This document shows, one piece after another, positions 1-11,290 of a stretch of 64,000 nt of DNA. Origin of the DNA: Azolla caroliniana (lineage: Eukaryota > Plantae > Polypodiophyta); assembly GCA_043228905.1 (NCBI GenBank), contig JBHGNT010000004.1:9424001-9488000 (forward strand). The letters run 5' to 3'. Positions within the stretch are counted from its first letter, which is position 1, and the number at the start of each line of letters is the position of its first letter. The notes beneath the pieces were generated by a model. That model worked only from the letters and a program-made list of their open reading frames with translations. It was not told the origin of the DNA and did not search any database. The position numbers and the translations under genes were made by a program.

Positions 1-2115
1 GGCTAAAGGTGCAAAGACATCAATGGAAAAGGATACGAGTAAGAAGTTACTACAAGAGCATCGTGAGGCACAATACTTAGAACGAAGGAAGGCGATGCAT
101 CATAGAGAGAAGTGTTTGAAGAGGCCTGAACAATACATGTGCTTAATGATAGATGGCATGGACCAGAAGAAGACATGCTTGCCGCATACGCGGAGGCTCC
201 CCAAAGATGTCAATGATGAGTGCCTTGTTCAAATGCACTTGGTGGGATGCTTGGCTTATAATAGGTCTGTTCGACCTCACGTCTTCATTACTTACCCCAA
301 TGTTCACAATGACCCTAACCTAACAGTTACAGTGATTCACCGAGTTTTGATGTCTTGGGGACAACCTTTCCCCCCTGTTCTATACATTCAATTGGACAAT
401 ACTGCTAGAGAGAACAAAAATTCAACTGTATTTGGCTATCTAAGTATGTTGGTCAACCTAGAATTGTTTAGGAAAGTGAAAGTCAATTTCCTTTTGGTTG
501 GCCACACACATGACCATATAGATCAGATGTTTAGCACATTCTCCAGACAGTTGTCTCGGCATGATGCTTTCACTTTACCTAAACTATTTGATGTCATTTG
601 TGATGCATATACACCACGCCCAAAAGTGTTACACTTGAAGGAGGTATATGACTTTAAGAGATATATATTAGATGGGGGTGGTGGGAATGTTAAAGTGCTT
701 GCTCAGTTAAACAATATAAGTTTCAATCACATTTTTTTGATAAAGAAAAATGGAATAAGTGGTTCTACACTTTTGTATGCTAAACAATATTCATCTTCTA
801 CAACATGGGAACCTGAAGGTGGTTGCCAGTTATTACTTTGTATGCCGAGTACAATTGTCCATGGAGCTAAGCAAATGCCAATTGAGAAGAAAGGACAGTT
901 GCAGAGCGACTTGGTATTAGAACAAAAACGGTCATGGCTCCAAGCCTTAGAAGAAAAAAGAAAACATATTGAGGCCGCCAAGAAATATGCCGCACAACAA
1001 GACACGTCATGGTGGGATGTATTTTATAGTGATCAGAAAGAAATTATAGACAATTGTGTATCTGTTGATAATTGGAATTTGGAAACGCCATTCACATGGT
1101 CGCTGCAACATGATCGCGTAAATAGAAGTCCGGAGCGACTAGTAAATGCGATTAATGACAGCTTGGTCCATCCACAACAAAGAGACATTTATGTGGGACC
1201 AAGGATGACCAAAGCAGCCGAAGCTAGATGGCAAGGAAATTTGCAAGAGCTCACCGCGGGGATGTTGATTGCAACGCCGGCTGATGAGAACTCACATGGC
1301 CACCAATTTTGGGTTGGTAAAATTCTAGAAGTGCTAATGCATGAAATAGATAACACGATCAAGTCTATAAATGTTCATTGGTACAACACTAGAAGTGCAA
1401 ATGCTTTTACAGGTAAGTATACATTGGAGATGATTGAATGCCAAACAAGAAGGGGAGGTAGGAAGAGGAAGCGAAACATTCGTAACACCTCGACCCTTGA
1501 TATCTCTGATGTGGATATCATCGTGTACGACTTCACACTTACAAAAGCCAGACGATTAAGGAAGTCAACAATAGATATAATAAAAGAAAAATTACCAGGT
1601 CTACAAGGTGGCTCGAGTCAAAGGCAAACGAGATCTGCTACATATAATCTAGAGTCAAACCATTTGGTTTATGACGAAGATAATGCACTGATTGGTACAT
1701 CCGAGGATGATGAGGAGGAATCGTCATTGTATATTAGTTATAGTAGTGATTCTCCGTAAAGGAGTGATCATGAATGTATATTTGGCTATTAAGTGTAACT
1801 ACATTCCGCTTGTAACAAATCGAGTAATATAAAATCATGTGTTTTGAATTCTTATGATTTCCCAAAAATCGTTTCTTATAAAATAACATTGGTTGTAAAG
1901 TTTGTGATATAAATTGAGAATGTATGTTTTTGAAATTCGTCTTTTTTTAGTTACTTCTAAATCACGAAAATAGTGGATTTTTAACCTTTTTCATAGTATG
2001 TTTGAACTTGTATGATACTGGTATCAATGTGTTTTGTAAAATCATTGAAAAACCCCTAAAATTTCCCTTCTCGTTCCATTTATGCGCGATCCTTCCACTT
2101 GTGAACGCGAACGTG
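1..2115 (+). mobile_element. Right portion of a DNA transposon inserted into Copia element A
   Basis: Transposase ORF is followed by an AT-rich 3' region that ends abruptly against the Copia RNase H sequence (EVPTPILI, where YCDN is expected next). The left TIR and TSD lie outside the window. Confidence 0.6.
23..1759 (+). CDS. DDD transposase, Sola1/DUF7869-like (5'-incomplete; frame is open back to the window edge)
   Basis: 578-aa uninterrupted ORF with motifs MIDGMDQ, IQLDNTARENKN and FLLVGHTHDHIDQMFS, consistent with an RNase H-fold catalytic triad. Basic NLS-like RRGGRKRKR and acidic tail. Family assignment is from motif recall. Confidence 0.75.
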   Translation: MEKDTSKKLLQEHREAQYLERRKAMHHREKCLKRPEQYMCLMIDGMDQKKTCLPHTRRLPKDVNDECLVQMHLVGCLAYNRSVRPHVFITYPNVHNDPNLTVTVIHRVLMSWGQPFPPVLYIQLDNTARENKNSTVFGYLSMLVNLELFRKVKVNFLLVGHTHDHIDQMFSTFSRQLSRHDAFTLPKLFDVICDAYTPRPKVLHLKEVYDFKRYILDGGGGNVKVLAQLNNISFNHIFLIKKNGISGSTLLYAKQYSSSTTWEPEGGCQLLLCMPSTIVHGAKQMPIEKKGQLQSDLVLEQKRSWLQALEEKRKHIEAAKKYAAQQDTSWWDVFYSDQKEIIDNCVSVDNWNLETPFTWSLQHDRVNRSPERLVNAINDSLVHPQQRDIYVGPRMTKAAEARWQGNLQELTAGMLIATPADENSHGHQFWVGKILEVLMHEIDNTIKSINVHWYNTRSANAFTGKYTLEMIECQTRRGGRKRKRNIRNTSTLDISDVDIIVYDFTLTKARRLRKSTIDIIKEKLPGLQGGSSQRQTRSATYNLESNHLVYDEDNALIGTSEDDEEESSLYISYSSDSP

Positions 2116-4594
2116 TTAGATCAGAATTGGGGTCGGTACCTCGATCCGTAGGTCTTGCATTAGTCGCCGAAGCCAAATGGCTTCACAGGTGGCAATGGTA
2201 ACGTCCCGATACTCAGCCTCAGTGCTCGACAAAGCAACTGTTGGCTGCTTTTTGCTGCTCCACGCAACAACTGCGCTACCTAGGGAAAACATGTAACCGG
2301 AGGTTGATCGGCGATCTGATGCATCACCGGCCCAGTCGGCATTTGTGTAACCGACCAGCTCTTCGGTTATACCGTGCCGGTATAACAGTCCCCGGTCCTT
2401 CGTGCCGCTAACATACTGCAGTATTCGGTGCGCGCAGTGAAGATGCTCCACGGTCGGCTTCTGCATGAATTGGCTAATCACACCAACCTGATAGCTGATG
2501 TCGGGTCGGGTGATGGTCAAATATATAAGGCTTCTAACAATTTGTCGAAACTGTTTCTCATCGCAGGCTGGTCCAAAGTCGAGACGGAGCTTCTGGTTGC
2601 GGTCCAGGGGAGTAAAGATAGCTCGGCATTCCGTCATGCCGAACTTGTACAACATATTCAACACATAGTGCCTTTGTGAGAGCAATATGCCGTCGGGGGT
2701 TCGGATCACCTCGATCCCAAGAAAATAATGAAGGTCCCCCAGGTTCTTCATCTCAAACGCATCCGACAACTTGGACTTGACTCAGCTAATTTCATCGAGT
2801 CCGGGTCTAGTGATGACCAGATCATCAACGTACAACAAGATGCAAACCGGACCGTCTGGACCTTGGCGGATGAACAACGAAGAGTCGAACTTGGAGGCCG
2901 CAAACCCCATCCTACACAACCGGTGCGTGATCATCGCATTCCAAGCTCGGGGGGCTTGCTTAAGGCCATAAAGGGACTTCTTCAGCCGGCATACCGCCGA
3001 CTTGTTCATCTCCATTTGGAAACCGGGGGGTTGTATCATAAAGACCTCTTCTTCAAGATCTCCTTGAAGAAATGCATTCTTCACATCCATCTGGTGAAGA
3101 TGCCACCCCCTTGCCGCTGCAACCGCCAGCACCACACGAACCATCGTCATCTTCGCTACCGGAGCGAAGGTCTCATCGTAGTCGATTCCGTGGGTCTATG
3201 CGTATCCCTTCGCCACTAACCGGGCCTTGTACTAGTTAACTGAACCGTCAGCATTGTACTTTACCTTGTACACCCACTTGCATCCGATCGGTTTACTATG
3301 ACGGGGAGGGTCAACTAGGTCCCATGTATCGTTGGCATCAAGTGCCCGCATCTCTTCTTCCATAGCGGCACGCCAATGTGTGTCCTTTCCCGCTTCTGCG
3401 TAGTTCTCTGGCTCACGCACATTCACCACCTTGGTCATGTATGCATAGTGATGCACCATGTACTCATTGTATCCGTACCGCTTAACAGGTTCCTTCTGGC
3501 GGGTTGACCGGCATAACCTACCGTTACCCGGTTTGATGCCCTTCTTGGACGGTTCGGTCTTTGATGCCGAAGAACCGTCATTTTCCTTTCTGGAGTTGGA
3601 TCCGCTTCGATCCGACTCATCAATACCAGTTCCATAATCCAGCATCTTCTTCTTCCCCTTCTCTTTGCTCGTGAACCGTCTCCTTGGTTCCTTGCACGGG
3701 GAGAGCACGACAAAGTCTTCACTACTCGCTGGTTCTTCTTATGACTGGTCGGATTGACCTAGTCTCTCCTTCGGCCCACTCAACCGAAACGATTCCGGAC
3801 TCTCTTCTTGAGTCTCAGATTCATCATCTTCTAACTGGACCGGTTAAGGTTCACTAGCCTCATCCTCTGATATCAGGTCGGGGTCAGAAGTCGGAGCTGG
3901 TAAGGCATACCATGATGCGGCTAACTCGGACCTGCTTCGTCCGGGGGTTATAACACTTATACGCCTTTTGCTCATGTGAGTAGCCGACGAGGATGCACTT
4001 CTCCGATTTTGCATCCAGCTTCCTCCGCTTCTCATCCGGCACATGGACATATGCTATGTTGGTGAAAAATGACAGCGTATTCTCCCTCGTACATACTGCT
4101 GTCCGGAAAGCTCGGAACTTAGACGCTAGGCCCCCAAGACAGACCTATACCATCTCGTCTTCCCCTACAGTGACGTTGATAGAGGCAAGTGAGTCACAGA
4201 TCTCTTTGATTCGGGTCGTGTAATCAGCCACCGACATGTTCTTCTGTCGGACATTGCTCAACTCCTGTCGGAGTTGCAGCTTTCGGGTTGTGGTGCTTGT
4301 GGCGAACACCTTCTTCAGGTTTCCCCAAGCCTCTTTCGGCGTCCCGGCATCTCGGACCTGGCTCAGTAGCTGGTCTGCCACACTGGATGCAAAGCAGTAC
4401 ATCACTCTACTTGCCGATTGTTCCCACACCGGGAAGTCCTTGTGTGCCGCATCAGGTGCTGTGTTGTTAGCTCTATCGACATAGCTCTAGTAACCATGCC
4501 CAAGCAGGTACTGGTGTATCTTGTATGACCAAGATGCGTAGTTGGATCTATCACGCTTCTCCACCAGAAGCGAGCTAGCCATTCCTCTATCCAT
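2116..4594 (-). pseudogene. Copia A gag-pol remnant
   Basis: Fragmented ORFs 4145-4429, 3232-3708, 2782-3150 and 2116-2769 separated by stops and frameshifts. Confidence 0.9.
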
Positions 4595-4681
4595 TGTTTT
4601 TTTTTTTCTTTTGTTCTTTACAAAGGTTAGGTTTTCTTCTTGCGAAAGCGAATGTTGGCTGTAGAGGTTCTCAACCCGTGC

Positions 4682-4693
4682 GCTCTGATACCA
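4682..4693 (-). promoter_or_regulatory. Primer-binding site, tRNA-iMet (TGGTATCAGAGC)
   Basis: gctctgatacca on + strand, directly abutting the LTR end. Confidence 0.95.
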
Positions 4694-5115
4694 TGTAAAA
4701 ACAAATAGCCTGCGGAAGCAATGAAAAAATAGAAAACAGAGAACAGGTTTAATGGAGAGCTTAACAGTACGCGGGAGCGACAAAGAGAGAGAACAAGAAT
4801 CTCTATTCAAAAATTATATCAACGCTCTGTACATCGTATGTGTTCAGCGAGCACTTTTATATAGGTCCATACGGATTGACAGAAGTACGATATACTTCAA
4901 TGCTCCCTCGAGCGTCTGACACTAACTACGAGAGTAATAACTCCCTAGTAGTCTAGCTACTACTAGGTTTCCGGTTACTGATGGATCCGGCTAACCGGCT
5001 CCCCAACTCACTGGCTCTTTTGCTCACTGGGTGCTCACCGACTCACTGATCCGTCTCGCTCACCGGCTCAGGCTTATCCAGTCGATCTGGCTCCAATTGA
5101 GCTTTCCGCTCAACA
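4694..5115 (-). repeat. 5' LTR of Copia A
   Basis: TG...CA termini (tgtaaaa...tcaaca), TATA (ttttatatagg on +), adjacent PBS; Gypsy integrase sequence resumes right after. Confidence 0.85.
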
Positions 5116-6612
5116 CCAACACACCTAGAACGACATATTACATCTTCTAACAAAACTTTACATACAACTCTAGTTGTTTTTTGTCGTAGTGGTATTCCTT
5201 CTACTTGGTTTGTAAGGTGTTCTCTTGCTAGTACAGAATATCGCATTTAACCTTCCCCAAGTGGCATTGTCACTAGCTCGACCATTCATTTATAATGCAT
5301 TGATGATGAATATGTTGCTTTTAGCTCATCTCGATACCAAATAGTTGAATACCTCTGGCAGACCTCACAGGTTTCCACAAATTTCGTTACATCTTTATAC
5401 ATATGTGGCCACCAATACTCTTCTTTCAACTTCTTAGATGTCGCCCATATGTTACTATGTCCTGCCCACAAATATCATGGAATTCAATAATTAATTTTGT
5501 CTTAATGTCATCCTTAAAAATTTCTCGAAGAGGATTTTTGGTTGGTCTTTTTAGACTCCTCCATAAATGCCCTTCATGTAAAAAAAAACTCGAATGCCCA
5601 TCTTTGAAATTCATTTAATTGGTTATTCGACCATGATGGGTTGGCTTCTTCTGTCTTTAGAAAATTTCCTATTTCTAACCATTGACCTTCATACTCCGTG
5701 TCTTTGAACATTATGCTTACATTAAACTCATCATGAGGCCTTAATAGATACTTGATCAACAACTTGATGGCTTGTAGTTGCCCAATTATTATCTTCAGCT
5801 TGCATCACCTTTTCATTTATGAACCTTGCTCTTGACAGCATATCTACGATTGGGTTCTCTTTGCCCTTTATTAATGTATGCAATCCACCGAAGCATTGCA
5901 ATATCTAGTGTCATGCAACTTGCTATCATTCTAATGTTTCAACCACTACATCTGCTCCGATCAAGTAATCTCTATCTGTTTTTAATGCATCAAGCAAGCC
6001 CCACAATTCTTGTTTCACTTGTGCATAATTTCTTTGTCTTTCATTTAATATCTTAGGTCCAAACCATATAGCATATCGATGTTGGTATTCATCTTCTTGG
6101 TTGATAACCCAACCGATCCCAATTGGGCTAGTATCAACTGGAGCTTTTTATAATGCTTCTTTCGATTGTTGAACAATGTGTGTATGTTCATTAGTCCAAA
6201 TAAACTTCCTCCCTTTTCTTAAAAGTTGGTAGAGAGGATCTGATACATATGCAAAGTGTGGTAACCAAATATGATAAAACACACATGCACCTAAAAATCT
6301 TCTCACCTCTGTTACCGATTCACAAACCTCCTTCATATTTTGTATTGCGTTAATTTTGATCGGTGAAGGCTTCCTGCCATACCAGCCACACATATGACCA
6401 ACTATCAGAACTTCGTTCTTCACAAAGCTTGACTTTGTTCCTAATAGTGTCAAATGTACCTGCTCAAGCTTATTTAAAATACTTTCACAATCATTAATGT
6501 GATACATCACAAACTTTCTACAACCATTTCCAACCATAGTCTCATCTTTCTCTCGTTCTAAGCATCCCTTAAAAGGAATATCGTCTAAAAATGGCATAGT
6601 TACCTTTGGGAT

Positions 6613-6981
6613 TGTAAAGAATCGGATATGATTCTTGTGAAGTGGAAGAGATATGAGTTATGTGTGTGTATGAGAGAGAGAGACAAGGAATAAGACACAG
6701 AGAATACGCAAGGTAAAAGTATATTAACAAAGGAGAAGACTGAACCTCATACAAGGTGGGAGGAGGGTGCTTTATATAGTCACCCTCTCTAACTACAAGA
6801 CTCATGGAGCACGGGGAATGTGAAAGCTCATAAGTTATGTGTCATAGAATATGATTCTATGACTCGTACTAAATGCTAGAATACAAAGTGGTGACTTAAT
6901 GGTGACTCTTGACCGTTGGAGTGTCTATTCACTCTCAAGGTGAGTTCACACACTAAACCAAGTTGAGCTTGATTCTCAACA
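6613..6981 (-). repeat. 3' LTR of Copia C
   Basis: Direct repeat of 10915-11290 with adjacent PPT cgccccctcaag. Confidence 0.95.
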
Positions 6982-9730
6982 CGCCCCCTCAAGCTTAAGT
7001 CGGGTCGGTTTTAGACGGTATCCGAGATCCGCTTCAACTCGCGTTCTGGAGTCCGCGTCGACTCGCATTTATGCGGAGCTGCGGAATCCGTGCTCCACCT
7101 TGCGTTGTGCATAGTTGTGAAGGTTGTGCTTCAGCTTGCGTCTCTCTTCACGGCTTTGCGTGGTAGATCGACTCTTCGCGGCTTCGTTGCGTGGTTGCGT
7201 AATCCACGCGTTATTGTGTAATATCTTCAGTACTCCCCCTCAAGATTGGCAGGTCAGGGATCGTCAATCTGAGATCGGTCATGAATTGCCACAGCTTGTC
7301 GGCTCCTAAGGCTTTAGTGAAGATTTCGGCCGTTTGAAGATTTGTGCTAATGTGTTGTAGGTCGACATCGCCAGCAAGAACGCGCTCTCGGAAGAAGTGA
7401 TAGTGCACTTCGATGTGCTTTGTCCGCACGTGGAACACCGGGTTCCGAGCCAGATAGATACTGCTCATGTTGTCACAGTAAAGGGAGGTCGGATCCTTCA
7501 TGGGTATGCACAGATCCTTCAAAATCCTCTTGAGCCATACGGCTTCACACGCAGCTACGGTTGTGCCCCTGTATTCTGCCTCCGTACTGGAAAGAGGGAC
7601 AGTCGGCTGCTTTTTGCTACTCCAGGATATTGCTCCGATGCCGAGGGAGGAAACAAATCCGGAGGTTGACCTTCTATCGCCTTTGTAGCCGGCCCAATCG
7701 GCGTCTGTGTACCCCTTGAGTTGTATTGGCATTGCGGTCTTGTAGAGGATGCCGTAATCCATTGTGCCGCTCACGTATCGTAGAACTCGCTTAGCGCAAT
7801 CCAAGTGAGCATCACGCGGTGTTTGCATGAAATGGCTAAGGAGACCGACCGGATAACTGAGATTGGGTCGAGTGATCGTGAGGTAGATGAGACTCCCGAT
7901 GAGTTGCCGATACTGAGTCGACTCACACACTTTAGTGCCAGAGTTCGCATCTAGTTTGAGATTGCGATCGAGCGGGGTTGCCGTGGATTTGCACTCAGCC
8001 ATACCGAACTTGTATAACAAGTTGAGGATGTAGTGTCATTGAGAGATCAGGATTCCGGCCGGAGTCCGAATTACCTCGATGTTGAGGAAGTAGTGGAGCT
8101 CCTTCATGTCCATCATCTCAAATTTGTCAGAAAGGAGGGATTTGACCTTATTGATTTCGACGAGATGCTCACCTCCAATGACTAGGTCATCCATATATAT
8201 GATGATGACAATTGGACTTGTGGAATCGGTTCGTATGTAAAGGGAGTTGTCTGATTTTGACATACGGAAGTCGATTTGATGAAGATATTGCGTTATCTTC
8301 GAATGCCAAGCACGCGGTGCTTGCTTGAGGCCGTAGAGTGGCTTCTTGAGTCGGCATATAGCTTTTGGATGGGTGCTCGAGTTGAAGCCAGGTGGTTGTA
8401 TCATGTACACCTCCTCTTCTAATTCACCTTGTAGAAAGGCGTTCTTCATGTCCATTTGATGGAGGTGCCACCCTCTCGCCGCGGCAAGCACAATTATGGT
8501 CCGAAGAGGTCTACGAGGATACATTTCTCCGACTTCGGGTCAAGCTTTTGATGCTTCTCGTTGGGAATGTGCACGTATGCTATTGCGCCAAAATATCTGG
8601 GTGTGTGATAAGTCCGGCTTCTTTCCGAAGTATTTTTCGCCAGATGTTGTGCACCGGTTCATTAGGTAGACGACTGTATTTGCAGCTTCGGCCCAATATG
8701 ACTTGGGCATATGCTTCTCGTTCATCATGGCCCGTGCTACTTCGAGGATGTGCCGATTTTTGCACTCGGCTACTCCGTTTTGTTGCGGAGTGTGTCGGCA
8801 AGTGAATTCTCGCCGAATTCCTTCCTTTCGGAGATACGCCGTGAAATCGTCTAAGAAGTACTCCTTGCCGCCATCCGATCGAAGGCATCGTAATGTCGGC
8901 CCGTGGCTTTCTCGACTTCATTCTTGAAATTTTAGAAGTGTCCGAACACTTCGCTCTTTTGCCGCCTCGGGTAGATCCAAGTGTGCCTAGAAAAGTCGTC
9001 GATGAAGAGCACGTAATATCGGCATCCGCCGAATGTAGCCGTCTGCGCCGGTCCCCATACGTCGAAATGGACTATGTTGAGTAGACCTTTGCTCACGTTC
9101 CGCTCGTTCGGGAATGGGTGTCGGTGTTGCTTGCCGAATTGGCACGCTTCGCATACACCTTCAATCTCCTTCTCTTTGAATGTTGGGAGTCCGATGACGA
9201 ATCCTTTCGATTTCATTGCTTTGAGCTTTAGGAGATTTATATGTCCAATCCACTTGTGCCATAACTCTATGTCAGAGTCAGCTTTCATGCCCTTTGCGAA
9301 CATGGCCGATTCATCTCATGTGAGTCGAGAATGAACATTCGCCCCTCTCTTCGTCCGCGTGCGATGAGTCGGCCCTCTTTTTCAATGAAGCAACAACCTT
9401 GATTAAATCGAACTTGCATCCCTTGCTCTACAATTTGGCCGATGGAGACCAAATTCTTCGTAATGGTCGGTACATGCAAAACATTTTTAATGTAATTTTT
9501 CTTACCTTCTTTTCCGAACGGAACATTGCCGATGTGCCAAATCGGGTGTGTACTGTCGTCTCCGGTTTCGACATAGCCGGGTCGGTCCAGCTCTCGAAGT
9601 TCTCGGAACCATTCTTGATGCAATGTCATATGGTTCGAGGCACCGGAATCGACGAACCATACGTCTTCCGGACCGGAGGCACTAGTTGAGGTAGAGGCCG
9701 ACATAGAGTTTGCTCTATGTTTCATCATGA

Positions 9731-9868
9731 ACATTCCGCCACGGTCGGAGTTGTGTGCATACATTCCGCCACGATCTTCGTAGTTGGAGTTGTGCCCGTA
9801 CATTCCGCCACGGTCGGAGTTGTGTGCATACATTCCGCCACGATCTTCGTAGTTGGAGTTGTGCACGT
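9731..9868 (-). repeat. In-frame higher-order tandem repeat (69-bp unit = 39+30) between gag zinc knuckle and protease
   Basis: Encodes approximately (HNSNYEDRGGMYA-HNSDRGGMYG)x2. Confidence 0.9.
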
Positions 9869-10914
9869 AATTCGTGAGTTGTCGGCTTGTGGAAGCCGAT
9901 TCACGCATCTTCTTTTGGCACTCTTCTTCGTGGTGGCCAAGCTTTCCGCAATATCCACATTCGGTTGCGTTTTGACGGTTCTGGCCCGAGTGAAAGCTCC
10001 CCCTTCTTGCGAAGGTTCCTCGTTGGCTTCCATTTTGCGGCCAAAATTGGGAGTTGTTATCGTAGGTCGGACCTCGTCCACCTTGTCCTTGGCCGAATCG
10101 GCCTCTCGACCATCCGCGTCCTCTTCCTCCATTCGAGTGCGTGTAGAGCATGTGGCCTTCCGACTCATTGCTCCTTGTACGCACGTGGTTTTCTTCGACC
10201 AATAGCATTGATTGGAGCTCAAAGAAGGAGGGAGATTTCTCCCATGCTAGAACGGCGGTTCGCATTGCGCCGAACCGTGGTGCGAAGCCGCCGAGGCATA
10301 TTTGAACCATCTCATCATCATCGATATTTACGGTTATTGAGCCGAGCCAATCGCAAAGCTCCTTGATCTTCGAGGTGTATGTCGTAATGGACATGTCCCT
10401 TTGTTGAATGTTGTTCAACTCTTGGCGGAGTTGAAGCTTCCTCGCGGTCGTGTTGGCGGCGAAAATCTTTCGTAGATTTTCCCATGCCTCCTTTGGCGTC
10501 TTGGCTTCGCGAATGTAGCCGAGCATGTGATCGTGAACACATGTCGCCAAGCAATCCATCACGCGGGTTGCGGCTTGCTCCCATGTCACGTATCCAGGAG
10601 CCGCTTCCGCAGGTCGGTCTTCATGTGCTGCTTTGATGTAGCTTCAATAGCCTTGTTCGACAAGGTATTGGTGCATCTTGTACTCCCAAGATGCGAAGTT
10701 GTTTCGATCCAACTTCTCGGTATGGAGAGCACTCCCCATTTGAGTATTCATTATGTCGATTCTTCTTCTTCTTCTTCTTCTCTCTTCGAATGCAAGCTAT
10801 GTAGCGAAGCTACGATAGCGATGAGCCGGTTATTGGTCATCGGCGTGGAGCATAACACACGATCACGCTGAGGTGAATGGGCTAGATCGAGCTACCAAAT
10901 CGCTCTGATACCAA

Positions 10915-11290
10915 TGTAAAGAATCGGATATGATTCTTGTGAAGCGGAAGAGATATGAGTTATGTGCGTGTATGAGAGAGAGAGACAAGGAATAAGACAC
11001 AGAGAATACGCAAGGTAAAAGTATATTAACAAAGGAGAAGACTGAACCTCATACAAGGTGGGAGGAGGGTGCTTTATATAGTCACCCTCTCTCTTCATTA
11101 ACTACAAGACTCGTGGAGCATGGGGAATGTGAAAGCTGATAAGTTATGTGTCATAGAATATGATTCTATGACTCATACTAAATGCTAGAATACAAAATGG
11201 TGACTTAATGGTGACTCTTGACCGTTGGAGTGTCTATTCACTCTCAAGGTGAGTTCACACACTAGACCAAGTTGAGCTTGATTCTCAATA
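10915..11290 (-). repeat. 5' LTR of Copia C
   Basis: Direct repeat of 6613-6981 next to the iMet PBS. Confidence 0.95.

Larger units (their letters stand above)
2116..5115 (-). mobile_element. Ty1/Copia element A (Ale-like), degenerate and 3'-interrupted
   Basis: 5' LTR 4694-5115, PBS 4682-4693, gag DRSNYASWSYKIHQYLLG, RT CKWVYKVKY/QMDVKNAFL/LYVDD, RNase H ADWAG/STEAEY. Most of PR and INT is deleted. Candidate TSD CCAAC at 5116-5120; its partner is outside the window. Confidence 0.9.
6613..11290 (-). mobile_element. Ty1/Copia element C (Ale-like), both LTRs present, internal deletion
   Basis: TSD GGGAT at 6608-6612 and 11291-11295. LTRs 6613-6981 and 10915-11290 differ by ~9 substitutions plus a 7-bp indel. 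PBS 10902-10913, PPT 6982-6993, gag CCHC CGYCGKLGHHEEEC, PR WFVDSGAS, INT, RT and RH fragments. Confidence 0.95.
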
